A DNA stretch of 64,000 bases from contig CM119269.1 of the NCBI GenBank assembly GCA_051294375.1, positions 1,003,367 through 1,067,366 of the forward strand, in the 5' to 3' direction. Under the pieces are notes generated by a model that ran no database searches, was not told the DNA's origin, and was given only the letters and a program-made list of their open reading frames with translations. Position 1 is the first letter of the stretch. Every line of letters begins with the position of its first letter. Below, one piece after another: positions 12,177 to 25,137 of this stretch. A program made the translations under genes and the position numbers. Origin of the DNA: Paraspadella gotoi (Eukaryota; Animalia; Chaetognatha).

Positions 12177-12279
12177 CTGGAGGTAGTCGCGCGGAAGAGA
12201 GAAGTAGAGCCTCCTGCCGAAATCCCGTCGCTTCTCGATCCAAGCTTCGTTCTTCGGGATTCGAGTGTAGACGGAATCG
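12177..12279 (-). CDS. IgSF protein exon, middle of the third Ig-like domain
   Basis: Acceptor ctccactgcag|C, donor CAG|gtttgc; 103 nt, phase 2 to 0, open in the frame required by the previous exon: SDSVYTRIPKNEAWIEKRRDFGRRLYFSLPRDYLQ. Confidence 0.72.
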
Positions 12280-12309
12280 CTGCAGTGGAGGCGTCATAGA
12301 AACAGGCGC

Positions 12310-12522
12310 GTCATTGATCAGGGGTCATAGATCAGCGGGGTTTATAGATCACGGGGGTTCAGAGATAAGGGGTCATTGATCCATGGGGGACAGAGTATCA
12401 GGGTTCATAGATCAGGCGGGTCATAGATCATGAGGGTCAGAATCAGGCGGGTCATAGATCAGCGGCGGGTCATAGATCAGGGGGTCATAGATCAGGGAGT
12501 CAGAGATAAGGTGATCATAGAT
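12310..12522 (+). repeat. Minisatellite, ~15-bp unit ggggtcatagatcag
   Basis: About 13 imperfect tandem copies directly upstream (minus sense) of exon 12177-12279. Confidence 0.85.
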
Positions 12523-13061
12523 CGAGTCTCGCGAGATTAGGATCATTGCACGTTCATTTTATTATCGTCCGCGATCTACTACCGAAAGTCATGACACTGC
12601 GTCAGGATCCTGTTGTCCAGATTGTTTGTCAATTGTCATGTCTCTGTCTGCGTATTACGTAAAGATGGCGCAATGGCTCGTATAAGTCTGTTTCATCAGA
12701 GTTTCCATGGTGACGAAGCGCTAAAGCGATTTTTCGTTTTAGGACGAAAACAGTCTTCATCGATTTTCGCCTCACGTTTCAAACTCTCGAAAAAAAAAGG
12801 GAAAAGAAATCGGAGGTCGTCTCGTCCTTTCGCCGACGCCACCTCGTGACATTTCTTTAAAGAAACGACTCTTTGCCCACGAAGACAGCGCCCATGTCTT
12901 GACTCTGTTCTTTCTCAATTTCTCTTGACATTGATGCAATTTTGCAGCTTAGCTAAAATAAACATATCTGAAGCTATAAACTGTCCTCCTTGTGCTTCTA
13001 CTTTTTACATTTATTTTTCCGGTGAAATCCTTCTTCACTCCTTCGATCCTTTTCTCTTTTC

Positions 13062-13172
<111 letters not shown>

Positions 13173-13658
13173 TTTTCAAGTCGGCCTCACCTTCTTTAAC
13201 CTTGAGTCACTATTTTCCTCACCAACTTCTCCCACTCCCAATTCTTACTCTCACATTTCAACGTCTCTGATGAAAAAAAAACGCAGTTGGTCCTGGTCGC
13301 GAATCACGCCGTGTCACTTCAAGTCATTTCGAGTTATTTTGACTATGAGTCACCCCGAATCACTTCGAATCACTTCGAGTCACTTAGAGTCACTATGAGA
13401 CACTTAGAGTCACTTTGAGTTCATATAATAATCGGTGTCCGTTTTACTTGGATTATCGTTAGTAATGAAATCCCGATATAACAAGTCTCTTGTCATATGA
13501 CCGATTGACCCCGTGGTGGTCACGATGTTTTCAATTGGTTCAGCTTCTTCATGCCCCGATTGCTCGGGACACCTTTGATCATTTCACCCATAATGCGTTT
13601 GTTTACTCCGTGATTAGTAACCTCACCCCGAATGGGATCGACAAGACCCGAAACTCAC

Positions 13659-13759
13659 CTCTCACGCAGTTTGTAGAGAAAGTGATCCAAGTTGAAGGGT
13701 GGGTTGGAATAAACGTCGCAAAAAAGGATCTGTTCTCGGTCGTTGGAGTGAAAGTTCAC
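13659..13759 (-). CDS. IgSF protein exon, N-terminal part of a third Ig-like domain
   Basis: Acceptor tttctcgattccag|GTG, donor GAG AG|gtgagt; 101 nt, phase 0 to 2. Encodes VNFHSNDREQILFCDVYSNPPFNLDHFLYKLRE (L-x-C-x-V-x-S-N-P-P motif). Confidence 0.85.
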
Positions 13760-13819
13760 CTGGAATCGAGAAATGGGAAGAGGGAAGTCGGTGAGAAGGG
13801 GGGGGGGAAAGGGAAATGA

Positions 13820-14390
13820 GGGGGAAGAAAGGAAGAAAAGGAGGAGAAAAAATAAGGGAAGGGACGAGGGAGGGAAAGGAAAGACAGAGAGATAGAAGAA
13901 AGGAAAGGAAAGAGGGAAAGGAGGAGAAAAAATAAGGAAAAGGACGAGGGAGAAAGGAAAGACAGAAGTAGAAGAAAGAAAGGAAAGGAGGAGAAAAAAT
14001 AAGGAAGGACGGGGAGGGAAAGGAAAGACAGAAGTAGAAGAAGGAAAGAAAGGAGGAGAAAAAAATAGGGAAAGGACGAGGAGGGGGAAAGGAAGACAAG
14101 AAGTAGAAGAAAGAAAAGAGAAAGGAGGAGAAAAAAAATAAGGGAAAGGACGAATGGGAGGGGAAAGAAAGACAGATAGTGAAGAAAGGAATAAGAAAGC
14201 GAGGAGAAAAAAAATAAAGGGGAAAGGAACGACGGGAGGGAAAGGAAAACAGAAGTAGAAGAAAGGAACGAAACAGGAGGAAAAGAAAAAAATAAGGAAA
14301 GAAAGAAAAAGGAAAAGAAAAGGAAAGGAGGAGAAAATAAGGGGGATAAGGACGCAGGCGAGGGAAAGGAAGACAGAAGTAAGAGGAAAT
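13820..14390 (+). repeat. Purine-rich minisatellite, ~60-bp unit
   Basis: Recurring aaggaggagaaaaaataaggaaaggacgagggagggaaaggaaagacagaagtagaag. Confidence 0.85.
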
Positions 14391-15078
14391 TATCGAACGT
14401 CAGGAAAAGAAAAAGGAAGCGATGAAACACTTAAGAGATAGAAGAGAGAGAAAGAGAGAGAGAGAGAGAGAGGAGATGAGAGAGAGAGAGACGAGAGAGA
14501 GATAGAGACGAGAAGAAGAGATGAGAGAGAGAGAGAGCTGACGAGAGAGACGAAGAGACGGAGATAAGAGGAGATGAGACGATGAGAGACGGAGAGATGA
14601 GAGAGGAGAGAAGAGGAGAGAGAGAGAAATAAAACCATTTTGGTCAAGAACAGAATAGTTCCGCTCAGTTCCGCCGAACGAAGGGCGAAAAAAGCCCAGA
14701 GAATGAAGGGCGAAAAAAGCCGAGAGATGGCTCGGAATATCAGCGGGCAGATTGCAAAGGAAAGTGGATGGAATCGAAGGGAGAAAAAAGAAAGGAGAGA
14801 ATCAACTTGGACGGTTGCGGCGAGAGAGAGGAGAGATCAAGAGGATTTTTTTTTTATGGTGATCGACTCTGGGCGGAGCGGCTTAAAACGATTATGTAGA
14901 TATACAGCGGATATAGAATTTAACGTCATAGGAAGCGCAAACAGGATCGTCGGGGAAATTGTGGTGAAGAATATCGCTCTGTGCGAAAAAAGATTGGACT
15001 TTGTAGCGAGAGCGAAAGATATTCGGGTATTTTAAGTCTGAGAACTAAATCGAATTCAATTTGATAATTAATTCTTAC

Positions 15079-15180
15079 TTGTTGTGGACAGATCATTCTC
15101 GGTTTGAACTGGATGTTAAGAACCCCGCAAGACGTATAGGGAAATGGGTTGCTTCGATTCCAAAAATCGTGGTGAGTCAC
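15079..15180 (-). CDS. IgSF protein exon, end of the C2-type domain and linker
   Basis: Acceptor ctgcgcag|GTG, donor CAA|gtaaga; 102 nt, phase 0 to 0. Encodes VTHHDFWNRSNPFPYTSCGVLNIQFKPRMICPQQ (C-x-V-x-H across the junction; L-x-I-x-F-x-P domain end). Confidence 0.88.
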
Positions 15181-15597
15181 CTGCGCAGTTTAAATCATAT
15201 TTTTATATATATATATATATATTTTATTTATGAATGTTAGATAAAAGAAGTTACGAAAAGTAATGAATAGAAAATTAGAGCTGTCAACATTTAAGTCCAA
15301 ATTGTGCCGAGAACGAAAATTATTCTCTTTCGCTCAGTCAGCCGCCGCCGACTTATGAAATTACTTGGGCTTGCAAACAAATTGCGCTACAATAACAAAA
15401 GAGCAATCCCCTTAATCTTTATGAGACGTCTACTTCATTTGTAATAAACAATGTTAAACATGTCAATGTTATATAACTTGGGCTATTTACTACCCCGTCG
15501 TAATCGAGCCAACTTGGTAAACGTGAGCGCGTTAGTCGAGCGTGAGGCGCAACAACAACAACAACAACACCGAAATCCCTTCCCCCGTGAGACTCAC

Positions 15598-15704
15598 CTG
15601 GCACGTGAGTGTCTTTCCGTGAAGGCGGTAGGAGGGCGTGATGGCCAAAACGGAAGTCGTTTGGTTCTCGCTCACTTTGGGCAGCGTCATCTTTGCGTCG
15701 TTAC
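15598..15704 (-). CDS. IgSF protein exon, middle of the C2-type Ig domain
   Basis: Acceptor ccgttgccag|GT, donor CAG|gtgagt; 107 nt, phase 1 to 0. Encodes GNDAKMTLPKVSENQTTSVLAITPSYRLHGKTLTCQ, matching the CD80/nephrin-like C2-set motif T-S-x-L-x-I-T-P-x(4)-H-G-x-x-L-T-C. Confidence 0.9.
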
Positions 15705-16599
15705 CTGGCAACGGAGAGTTTTTTTTTGATGACGGGTGGGGAATAGAGCGTGGGATAAGGCGGGTCGGATCGCGCGCGAGATGGGTAAAGATTGACGATG
15801 ATTTAGAGAGAGAGAATCCCCGACTGATGAAGACGCAGAGAGGACATGAAGGGACAGTGATTATCGAGAGGAGAACGAGTCACCGAGAGCCGAGACATGA
15901 CGGCCTAGCATGAGCGAGGAGAAGAAACGGCGCGGACCGAGATACAGTAGGAGAGTCCTGATGAGTTGAGACTGACGACACGCCGCCCCTGCGCGACTGA
16001 CGAGAGAGAGAGGGAGTGGACGAGAGAGGAGACGAAAGGGAGAGAGAGAAGAGAGAGGAGAACGACTCCAAAGCGGAGTTTACGGCCTACTCAGTCTAAG
16101 TAACCAGTTGATTAAAGCTAAGATAAGAGAGAGCTACCGGAGTTGGCTCAACTGAAAGTAGTCATGGATTGAATTTCTTATAGTTGGGTGACTAGCGATG
16201 TAATGCAGAATCGCCCAATACATATATTAAAAGTTTTTGTAATCTAATCAGTCGGGATTGGGCTTATCAGCAGGTATCTTGAGTCTTTAATTTTCACATT
16301 TTGGTCGGTCCGTTGTGTGTCCGCCCCCCCCCCCGAGAGAGAGAGAGCGCCCGAACCCGACGTCAAAGAGAGATGATGGTCGACGGAAGAGGCACGATCA
16401 ATGAGAGATGAATAATCAGTTGCGAATATTATGATCATATGATGACTACTCGGATGAACATCGGAATGATAAATTATATCAAAAAGTAAAGATATCGATG
16501 GATTTCGTTGATCCATACCTCTTTTAAAGGGGAAAGGCACCTAAGAGTTTGGAGGTTCGATTAATCAAAAGTAGCGGCCTGTCGCCGGCGATTTCACGC

Positions 16600-17560
16600 G
16601 CGATCTCCCTGCCCTTGATCCGTATGATAAAAGGCGATCGGTTCTAGTTGATGCACAGGTTGTGACCTCCGCCATGGGCCACCAGGGCTTTGGCGTAGTC
16701 ATGCCTGCAAAGTCCCACCACCTGCGGGCGATCCTCGCCAAAAAAAGTGATTTAAAGCAACAAGTAAATGGCAGAATTATCCCGGTACATTCTCCATTGC
16801 CGCTCAAAGCGCCTAAACCGAGATCTAACGCTGTCCTATATGATTGCGAATCGGACCACCACGAGGAGCCCTCCCCACAACCCCTATCCTAAACCAAAGC
16901 CTTCCGTTATCAACTCTGTGTCTTCCCACTAACCGCGCATACAGACCACACACCAAGCAAGCCGGGGGACCCTCACCAGCGCTAGACATCTCCGTGGCCT
17001 CAACCCTTACAACCCTAACTGCGCTTCATGCAGATCAACCACCGGGGCCTTCCCCAACCCCGAGTCTACCGCTAAACTAAGCCCCCGTGATCAACGCCTC
17101 CATGCCTCCCCCAACCCTAACCCAGAGGCCCAGGCAATTCGCCTCCCGTACATCTCCGTTGCCGTCAAAACCCTAACCCTAACCGCGCATGTACGGGGAG
17201 GCCGAGTAGAAGGCCCAGAAGTGAGGGTAGGAGGCGACGAGGCACTGAGTTGAAACGGCCCGTAGGGGTTGCTTTAGGGTATAGGATGGTTTGGGGAGAG
17301 GAGGAGTCCTTGGTATGGTGTAAGTGTTTCATCAACCTGTGGGAAAGAGTAACGAAAACGATGTAAAGACTAGTGAAATCCGCTGCAGATCATTATATTT
17401 CCCGCATGCCTTTTAATCACTGGCGATCAGCCGCGGTCCGCCAGTCAGATAGCATGGCGACAGGGGACTTTGGCACATCGCAAACACCCCTGGGGCAGTC
17501 GTTTATCGCCCATTTTGGCGGAAGTCGCAGCTTTCACCATACGTGAGATTATCTCATCGT
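16600..17560. repeat. Long degenerate inverted repeat with internal TAACCC-containing subrepeats
   Basis: 16657-16725 is similar to the reverse complement of 17455-17535, and 16856-16905 to the reverse complement of 17260-17315. ccctaaccctaacc-like motifs recur between 16880 and 17185. Confidence 0.5.
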
Positions 17561-17569
17561 CGCTCCTAC

Positions 17570-18130
17570 GCTAACTCCACCTGTAGAGCGCGAAAAAAAC
17601 ACCCATTACTTCATCTTCGTCCTATCTCTGTACTCTCGTCTTTTGCGTCCATATATGGCGAACCGTATGGAATGAGAATTCGGACGGTGTGCAAAAAATT
17701 TAGAGAAACAGGACATTGTCATTGATTTCAAAAAGCCTTGTATTTCTCTATAACCTGTTCTCTTATGTTTCCTATATGATTTATATTTAATATTTGTGCT
17801 GTCCAATTATATCATATCCATTATTTCTCTACATTATTTTTGTTCATGCAACGCTAAGCTGCGACAAAGAAAACGCCAAAAGGTATTTTTTAACTATATC
17901 TCATAATGAATACCTCCGGTAAAAGATATCCAGATACAATATGATGACCAATATCTGTGTAATATTTAAGTCTTTCAAAACAAAAATCCCGACCATAAAT
18001 ATTAAAAATATCTAACCAAAGATTTTGGAATAAAATCCACCCCTTCTTCTGGAAGGATATTCGCTCCATTAGAAGATTTTTCCTGAATCTGACTCTCGTG
18101 GTGAGAATAAAACTTCGATGAGGGAAGTTC
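17570..18130 (-). mobile_element. Possible Merlin/IS1595-like transposase relic, copy 1
   Basis: YLWSGF..LNITQILVIILY, then LDSTNI..K.YRK and YGRKRREYRDRTKMK*WVFF, resembling KLxLxxILxxIYxW ... IDES..KxKYxRGR...WVFG. Nucleotide similarity to 21060-21245. Confidence 0.33.
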
Positions 18131-19309
18131 CAATCACGTAGGTCGTCTTTTAATTAGCAAACGCAAAAAAATATAGAAAAAACGTCAATTCACTTCCTAC
18201 TATACGAACGTACTTTCAATCACGGAGTAATAAAGCATACTAATTAATGTTAAAGTAATAAAAATCTCTAAGCACAAGTTGCCTTCTTCAGACCACTTTG
18301 ACCAAGGATTCCAAAATCGGACGTTCGTCATTTGTATGTTAATTCCAGGAAACCATACCTCTAGTTTCACGCATTTACAGTCAGTGAATTTCTTTCTCAA
18401 GAGAAAAATCCTTTCATTTCTAATGATTAAAAATCAAATAAGTAATTTGTATATGATTATATACGAAAAAAAATTTTCTGTAATGCGTCCAAACGCAATC
18501 TATTTGTTCTTGTCTTACAGCATATTCTACAAAAACACGTGGCCCTTTGGCACTTTTTACAATTCCTACCATATTAATAGTAAGCTTTACTCACCTTCCA
18601 TTCGAATCATGTATCCTCTACTATTAATTTCAAAGGAGCGCGACGATATAATCTGTTCTCTAAATCTCAGTACAAATGGATGCTAGACTGCTTCTCTACA
18701 TTGGTACAAATTCCCACTTCCCACAGTATAGATAGTACAAATCTTTGAGGTGCATAAACACGCTAATCTTGAGTGAGTCAATATCCCGTAAGATTTATAA
18801 GAAGCTGAGTCACAACAAGAGTATAACAATAATCTAATCTCATTAAGTGTACCTTAAAGTACCTAGACCCAAGAAAAAAAAATTTATATCGTGATGGTCT
18901 ATTGAGTGATACAAGTCTTGCTCTTTAAAAAAATATAAGAAATGAATATTGAATAATATGACAGCTTTTAATCAACTTTTTTGGGATTGTAAAGATCTGG
19001 CCACAATCGGACTCTTCTTTGCTCAAGAGAGTTGTCTATCTCCACTTCCGTCTCAGACGACACTGAGCTTCGCGTGCAAATAAGCAACTACAACCAAGCC
19101 AAATCCACAAATTCCAATTTTTTATTACTATTCTAGCAGAACTCGCAAAAAGAAGAGTTACAGGAATGTTTTTGAAATCTATGTACTCCTACATTATGCT
19201 GAAAATTAAGAAACCTGTGCTTGGAATAAATGCTTTAGTGTACATTAAACATTATTATTTATTCTGTTTATAAAAGATTTTGTGTCTTGAGTGGACAGAT
19301 CATATAGAC

Positions 19310-19450
19310 AATATACTCCAAAACCTTTTCCTGTTGCCCCATCGAACATCGAAGCAACACTCCTGGCACACGAGTTTCTCGGCTTTAAGCGCAACCAGGA
19401 AGACTTCAGCCTTCAGCTTCCCCAGGCCAAGTTACGCGCCATCCCGCCAC
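19310..19450 (+). mobile_element. DIRS/Ngaro-type reverse transcriptase C-terminal fragment
   Basis: FPVAPSNIEATLLAHEFLGFKRNQEDFSLQLPQAKLRAI resembles the DIRS RT tail G-x-P-V-A-x-x-K-x-E...F-L-G-x-x-I-D...L-x-L-P-x-x-K-L. Confidence 0.5.
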
Positions 19451-20499
19451 CACTCTTCATCGCAGGCTGCCGGTATAGGACGGTTTAACCATTACGGGGC
19501 AGGATTGGAGAGGGGTACGCTTGCTAAAAGTAAGGTTTAGGACTAGAGAGGTTTTGGGATCAGAGTTTATGAGAATTAGAAGATTAAATGTCAATAGCAG
19601 TGATTTAGTAAGACTAGGATATTTTCTATGGTTATCCATTAGAATGGCTGTTCGCTAAATTAATTCTCTTGTTGAGTATAACAAATATTAGGCTTTTTAA
19701 GTTAGTCATGATTGAGTTAACAGGAATTGGGTGCTGTGTTTTGTGAAAAAGATCAGCCCAAATTGTTATCGTAAAAAATATCTTAGAGTGGGCTAGATAT
19801 TAGCCCGAAAAAATTTATAGTAAGTAATAGTACTTGCCTAGCAACAAAAACTAAGTGATTCCTCTTGCAAATTCTAGGATATACATATGTTTAGTTTAAT
19901 TAAACACTTTTGTATTCTCAGTGAACAGGTTAAAGATGTGCCTTAATATTTATCATACTTCCACGATAGCGTATATCTATTCTGCTAGCTACCAGAAACT
20001 CCACGTTCGATTCGTGGTTTTCTTTGTAAACCATATGGCGTCTTTCATCTATAGTCGTCGTCCCCTCACCCAAAAGGATAGGGGTCGACCCATGGAGGTA
20101 AAACATAGCGTCATCAACTGGTTTCCTCTCCACCACTCCTCTTTTCTTCTCGCACTCGCCATTCCCAATATAGAATCACATCAAATCAATTCTTATACTT
20201 TATCCTTCCTTATCTCTGTTTTTGTGTGTTTACTGTTCACTTTTTTTCACATTACCTTGGAGCAAATCGGTGAAACCCACCTCAATAACTTCTACTTTCA
20301 CTCGGATTTAATTTTTTTCTAATATAATAATAATTCCACATTCTGTTAAAAACTTTTGTTAAACTGACGAACAGCAAGGTGGATAAGATATTTTACCACT
20401 CGACCTTCCCTAGTGCTAATTTTTCTTTTGCTTAGCACATATCTCCCCCCCTATACATTCTCCATACATATTCACTCCTAAAGTTATTAAAAACTGCTC

Positions 20500-21245
20500 A
20501 TGTCACAATCACAAGCCAAGCATCTTTATTTAACCAATCATAACCACAGTATTACATTGAACCTATGCCAGACTATCTGACGCCATTTCTATGTTCCCAG
20601 CTTGTCTGTGATTACCACAAGTATGAAACAATTTGCACTAATAGTGTGAAGTCGTTTTCTATAATAATGGAAAATACAATAAAAAACTTCGTGGTAAAAC
20701 TACGCATACAAATTAGCAACACCAACTCTCCTTATTAGTTATTCTCTGATTCTATCGTTTAGTTGGGCACTTGCATAAGTTCATCTTTGTTATACAAGCA
20801 TATAGACTATCTCTTCTCAGATCCTTACTCCAAGTGTTCTCACTATCCTTTCACACTTTTTTAAAAATTTAATATTCCTTTGCAAAGTCCATTATTATTA
20901 TTAAATATTATTAAAATTTTTGCTTTGGTTCTATCAGTGTCTATAATAGTATAAACTATTTTTTGTACTTAAATAACCCTCTTTATACATCGGATCAAGC
21001 CTTCGACGAAACAAAGCCCTATGTTTCTCTTTAACCCCTATTTTCTCTATATCGGCCCAAGCGTAGATGGATAGCAATATTGTCTTAATATCAAGTTTTC
21101 TCAAAATAAATCCATCCCATAAATAATAGGAAATATTAACCAACAATCTTCCGGTAACTCAAACCCCTCTCTTTGGTCCTATAAGCATTTCTGCCCATTA
21201 GAAGATTTTCCGATGTGGACTCCTCGGTCTGAAAAACTTCGCCGA
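20500..21245 (-). mobile_element. Possible Merlin/IS1595-like transposase relic, copy 2
   Basis: YLWDGFILRKLDIKTILLSIYAW..IEKIGV. Shares ccattagaagatttt..c.ga..t.gactc and downstream similarity with 17940-18120. Confidence 0.33.
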
Positions 21246-22879
21246 TCGGTTAGCTCCTCTTTTTACTTTTACATTTAAAATAAAAAATTTCACCCAAAAT
21301 GGGCTCCCATACTAATTCACTTTACCCCTTATTGATTCGTATTTTTCATATCCAAAATAACCACTTACATACAATATTGTAACNNNNNNNNNNNNNNNNN
21401 NNNNNNNNGAGAGAGAGAGAGAGAAAGAGAGAGAGAGAAAGTGAATAATGATGATGACGATGACGAAGTGAGATGATAACCAAGAGGAGATGGGAAAGGG
21501 GCGGTCCCCTCCTTGATCCGAAAAGACGATCGAGAACCGGAAAAGAGAGGGAGATAGTTAATGGAGGAAAGAGAAAGGAAAGAAAAAAGAGAGAAGTAAT
21601 CGGGAGAGAGGAAAAGAGAAGAAAAGAGAGGAAAGAGAAGCAGTCAGTGTTAATCGGTTTGTCTCTACGTAATCGGCATCTTCGTCCTAATCCTTCTCTT
21701 TCGCTTCGTCATACGAACCGATCGGACGCAAAAGAAAACAGATTTTCTCGCCAAGATTTTTCTTTTCCTTTCATCGCGTGAATATTTATGGGTGAAGATA
21801 GAAAAAAAAAAAGCCTCCAAGAAGATTAATACGGAGTCTATTGATAAAACCTAGTTTTTATAACAGTTAATTCTCAGAGATGAATAGTAATTTTTCTTTG
21901 AAAATTATCGTTCGTCGCCACCATTGAAGTTTATTTAAAGGACGTAAAAATTAAATGCACTTTCCTTACAGATTCCTTTCGTTATAAACATTTATATCCG
22001 TTTATAAGCCTCGATCTCTTCCAAGGTCATGTAGATGGGCATTGCACATGTTGCACAAGTTCACCCCGCCAAACAGCATGACATCTCAGTCGGCTCATGA
22101 CCAAGCATTAGGAACCTGGGGGGTAGAAAATCATGAAATCCAGTTTCAAGCCCAGGAACCGTTCCATGGCTGCTAGAGGGGGTAAAATAAATAGCGGATA
22201 GCATTCTTCAGACCCATAGCGCCAAATCCAAATTCTCTTTTTTTTTAAACCAGGGCATACATGCACTCCAAAGGTTTAAGTCTTTTCAACTGTTTCTTCC
22301 ACCTCCACCCCTTCCAACCCCCTCTTCCTTCTTTATCCTCTTCCTCNNNNNNNNNNNNNNNNNNNNNNNNNNNNNNNNNNNNNNNNNNNNNNNNNNNNNN
22401 NNNNNNNNNNNNNNNNNNNNNNNNNNNNNNNNNNNNNNNNNNNNNNNNNNNNNNNNNNNNNNNNNNNNNNNNNNNNNNNNNNNNNNNNNNNNNNNNNNNN
22501 NNNNNNNNNNNNNNNNNNNNNNNNNNNNNNNNNNNNNNNNNNNNNNNNNNNNNNNNNNNNNNNNNNNNNNNNNNNNNNNNNNNNNNNNNNNNNNNNNNNN
22601 NNNNNNNNNNNNNNNNNNNNNNNNNNNNNNNNNNNNNNNNNNNNNNNNNNNNNNNNNNNNNNNNNNNNNNNNNNNNNNNNNNNNNNNNNNNNNNNNNNNN
22701 NNNNNNNNNNNNNNNNCTTCCTTCTTTATCCTCTTCCTCTTCCGCCTCCCAATCAATCTCTTACCAAATTCTTTCTTTCGAATTTTTCTGCTTCGAGAAT
22801 CTCCGCTCAACCAGAGATTCTTCCTTTTTCGACTGTAAAAAACAGATTTTTCGATCGAGACGGAGAAAGCAACGAGGAA

Positions 22880-23170
22880 GAGGGTGGTTTGAGATGGCAT
22901 TGCGATGAGGATGGTTTGAGATGGTAATTGGATTGGGGATGGTTTGAGATGGTAATTGTATTGGGGATGGTTTGAGATGGCAATGAATTTAGGGTGGTTT
23001 GAGATGGTAATTGCATTGGGGGTGGTTTGAGATGGCAATGTATATGTAGGGTTTGAACTGGCAAGGGATTTAGGGTGGTTTGAGATGGCAATGTATTGGG
23101 GGAAGTTTGAACTGGCAACGAATTTAGGGTACTTTGAGATGGCAATGCATTGGGAGTGGTTTGAAATGGA
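22880..23170 (+). repeat. Minisatellite, ~29-bp unit ggtttgagatggcaatgcattgggg
   Basis: About 10 tandem copies visible. Confidence 0.85.
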
Positions 23171-23952
23171 AAGTCGATATTAATTTCAATTTCAATTTTC
23201 CAAAGTTTTTTCTCAACGTTCCTCAGTTTTCACAAATCAATTCATTCAAATATAATTTCTTTCTTGCTTCATTTTTCATAACATTTCTGATTCTTTATTC
23301 TTTCTAATTCGATACAAATCAAAGCTTAACCTCAGACCGAATCCCTTTGCTTCTCTCTTCTCCCTCGTTCCTCCTCTGACCCCGCGCTCTCCGCAAAAAT
23401 CACCTCCGCCCACAGCGACAATTCTCCTTTGGTCACGTGACGATCACGTGACGTCCACGCGACGTTCACGTGACGATCACGTGACGCCCTCGGGCTCGAG
23501 TTCTTCTCTTAACACTTCGTTTCCTAAGCCAAAGATAAACCCGCCGTTTGAACTAATGAACCTTTGATGGCCTCATCTNNNNNNNNNNNNNNNNNNNNNN
23601 NNNNNNNNNNNNNNNNNNNNNNNNNNNNNNNNNNNNNNNNNNNNNNNNNNNNNNNNNNNNNNNNNNNNNNNNNNNNNNNNNNNNNNNNNNNNNNNNNNNN
23701 NNNNNNNNNNNNNNNNNNNNNNNNNNNNNNNNNNNNNNNNNNNNNNNNNNNNNNNNNNNNNNNNNNNNNNNNNNNNNNNNNNNTCTACTCTGGGGTAATT
23801 TGTTTTTATGACGAGAAGTTAAGTGCGAAAGAAATATGGGATGGATTGCAAAGGTTATGGAGAGAAAGTAAAAACATCAAACGACCGGAAGGTGAAGAAG
23901 AAGAAGAAGAAGAAGAAGAAGAAGAAGAAGAAGAAGAAGAAGAAGAAGAAGA

Positions 23953-23989
<37 letters not shown>

Positions 23990-24815
23990 AAAAATAAGTG
24001 ATGGACAGATAGGAAAAACAAAGACCGGAAGGAACGATAGAATAACGAAGGAAGGGAAAACTGAGGAGGAAGAGAAAAAACAGGAGAGACAAAACAAAGG
24101 AAGGAANNNNNNNNNNNNNNNNNNNNNNNNNNNNNNNNNNNNNNNNNNNNNNNNNNNNNNNNNNNNNNNNNNNNNNNNNNNNNNNNNNNNNNNNNNNNNN
24201 NNNNNNNNNNNNNNNNNNNNNNNNNNNNNNNNNNNNNNNNNNNNNNNNNNNNNNNNNNNNNNNNNNNNNNNNNNNNNNNNNNNNNNNNNNNNNNNNNNNN
24301 NNNNNNNNNNNNNNNNNNNNNNNNNNNNNNNNNNNNNNNNNNNNNNNNNNNNNNNNNNNNNNNNNNNNNNNNNNNNNNNNNNNNNNNNNNNNNNNNNNNN
24401 NNNNNNNNNNNNNNNNNNNNNNNNNNNNNNNNNNNNNNNNNNNNNNNNNNNNNNNNNNNNNNNNNNNNNNNNNNNNNNNNNNNNNNNNNNNNNNNNNNNN
24501 NNNNNNNNNNNNNNNNNNNNNNNNNNNNNNNNNNNNNNNNNNNNNNNNNNNNNNNNNNNNNNNNNNNNNNNNNNNNNNNNNNNNNNNNNNNNNNNNNNNN
24601 NNNNNNNNNNNNNNNNNNNNNNNNNNNNNNNNNNNNNNNNNNNNNNNNNNNNNNNNNNNNNNNNNNNNNNNNNNNNNNNNNNNNNNNNGAGACAAAACAA
24701 AGGAAGGAAGGGGAAACTGAGAAGGAAGGGAAAAAACAGAAGAGACAAAGCCTCTCCGATAGAAATCGACTTAAGATTGGAGCCTAGAGACAGAATCGAA
24801 AAGTCTGGGTGGGGA

Positions 24816-24866
<51 letters not shown>

Positions 24867-25104
24867 GTGTTTGAAAAGCGAATCTTTGATTGAAGGAGAG
24901 AGAGTAAAAAAAAGCATCATCTTTTTCCTCTCATACTTATCTTTCGTCAAAATGGCGCAAAAGAGAAGTAAGAAAAACAGAGTGAGGGAATAAAAGAAAG
25001 GAGAAAGAATTAATGAAAGAAAAATATGAAAGGATTTAGATCGTTTTAAAAAAATTAACAGATGAGAATTTCAAATGAAAGTTTTTAACTGAAGAAGGGG
25101 GGAA

Positions 25105-25137
<33 letters not shown>

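Noticed and set aside
16880-17185. Telomere or interstitial telomeric array
   Set aside because: Only isolated 2-unit TAACCC runs inside a larger repeat; no long array.
18255-18296. Additional hammerhead core (minus-strand CTGAAGAAGGC...GCTT)
   Set aside because: GAAA box absent (AGAGA) and no cleavage triplet or stem I.
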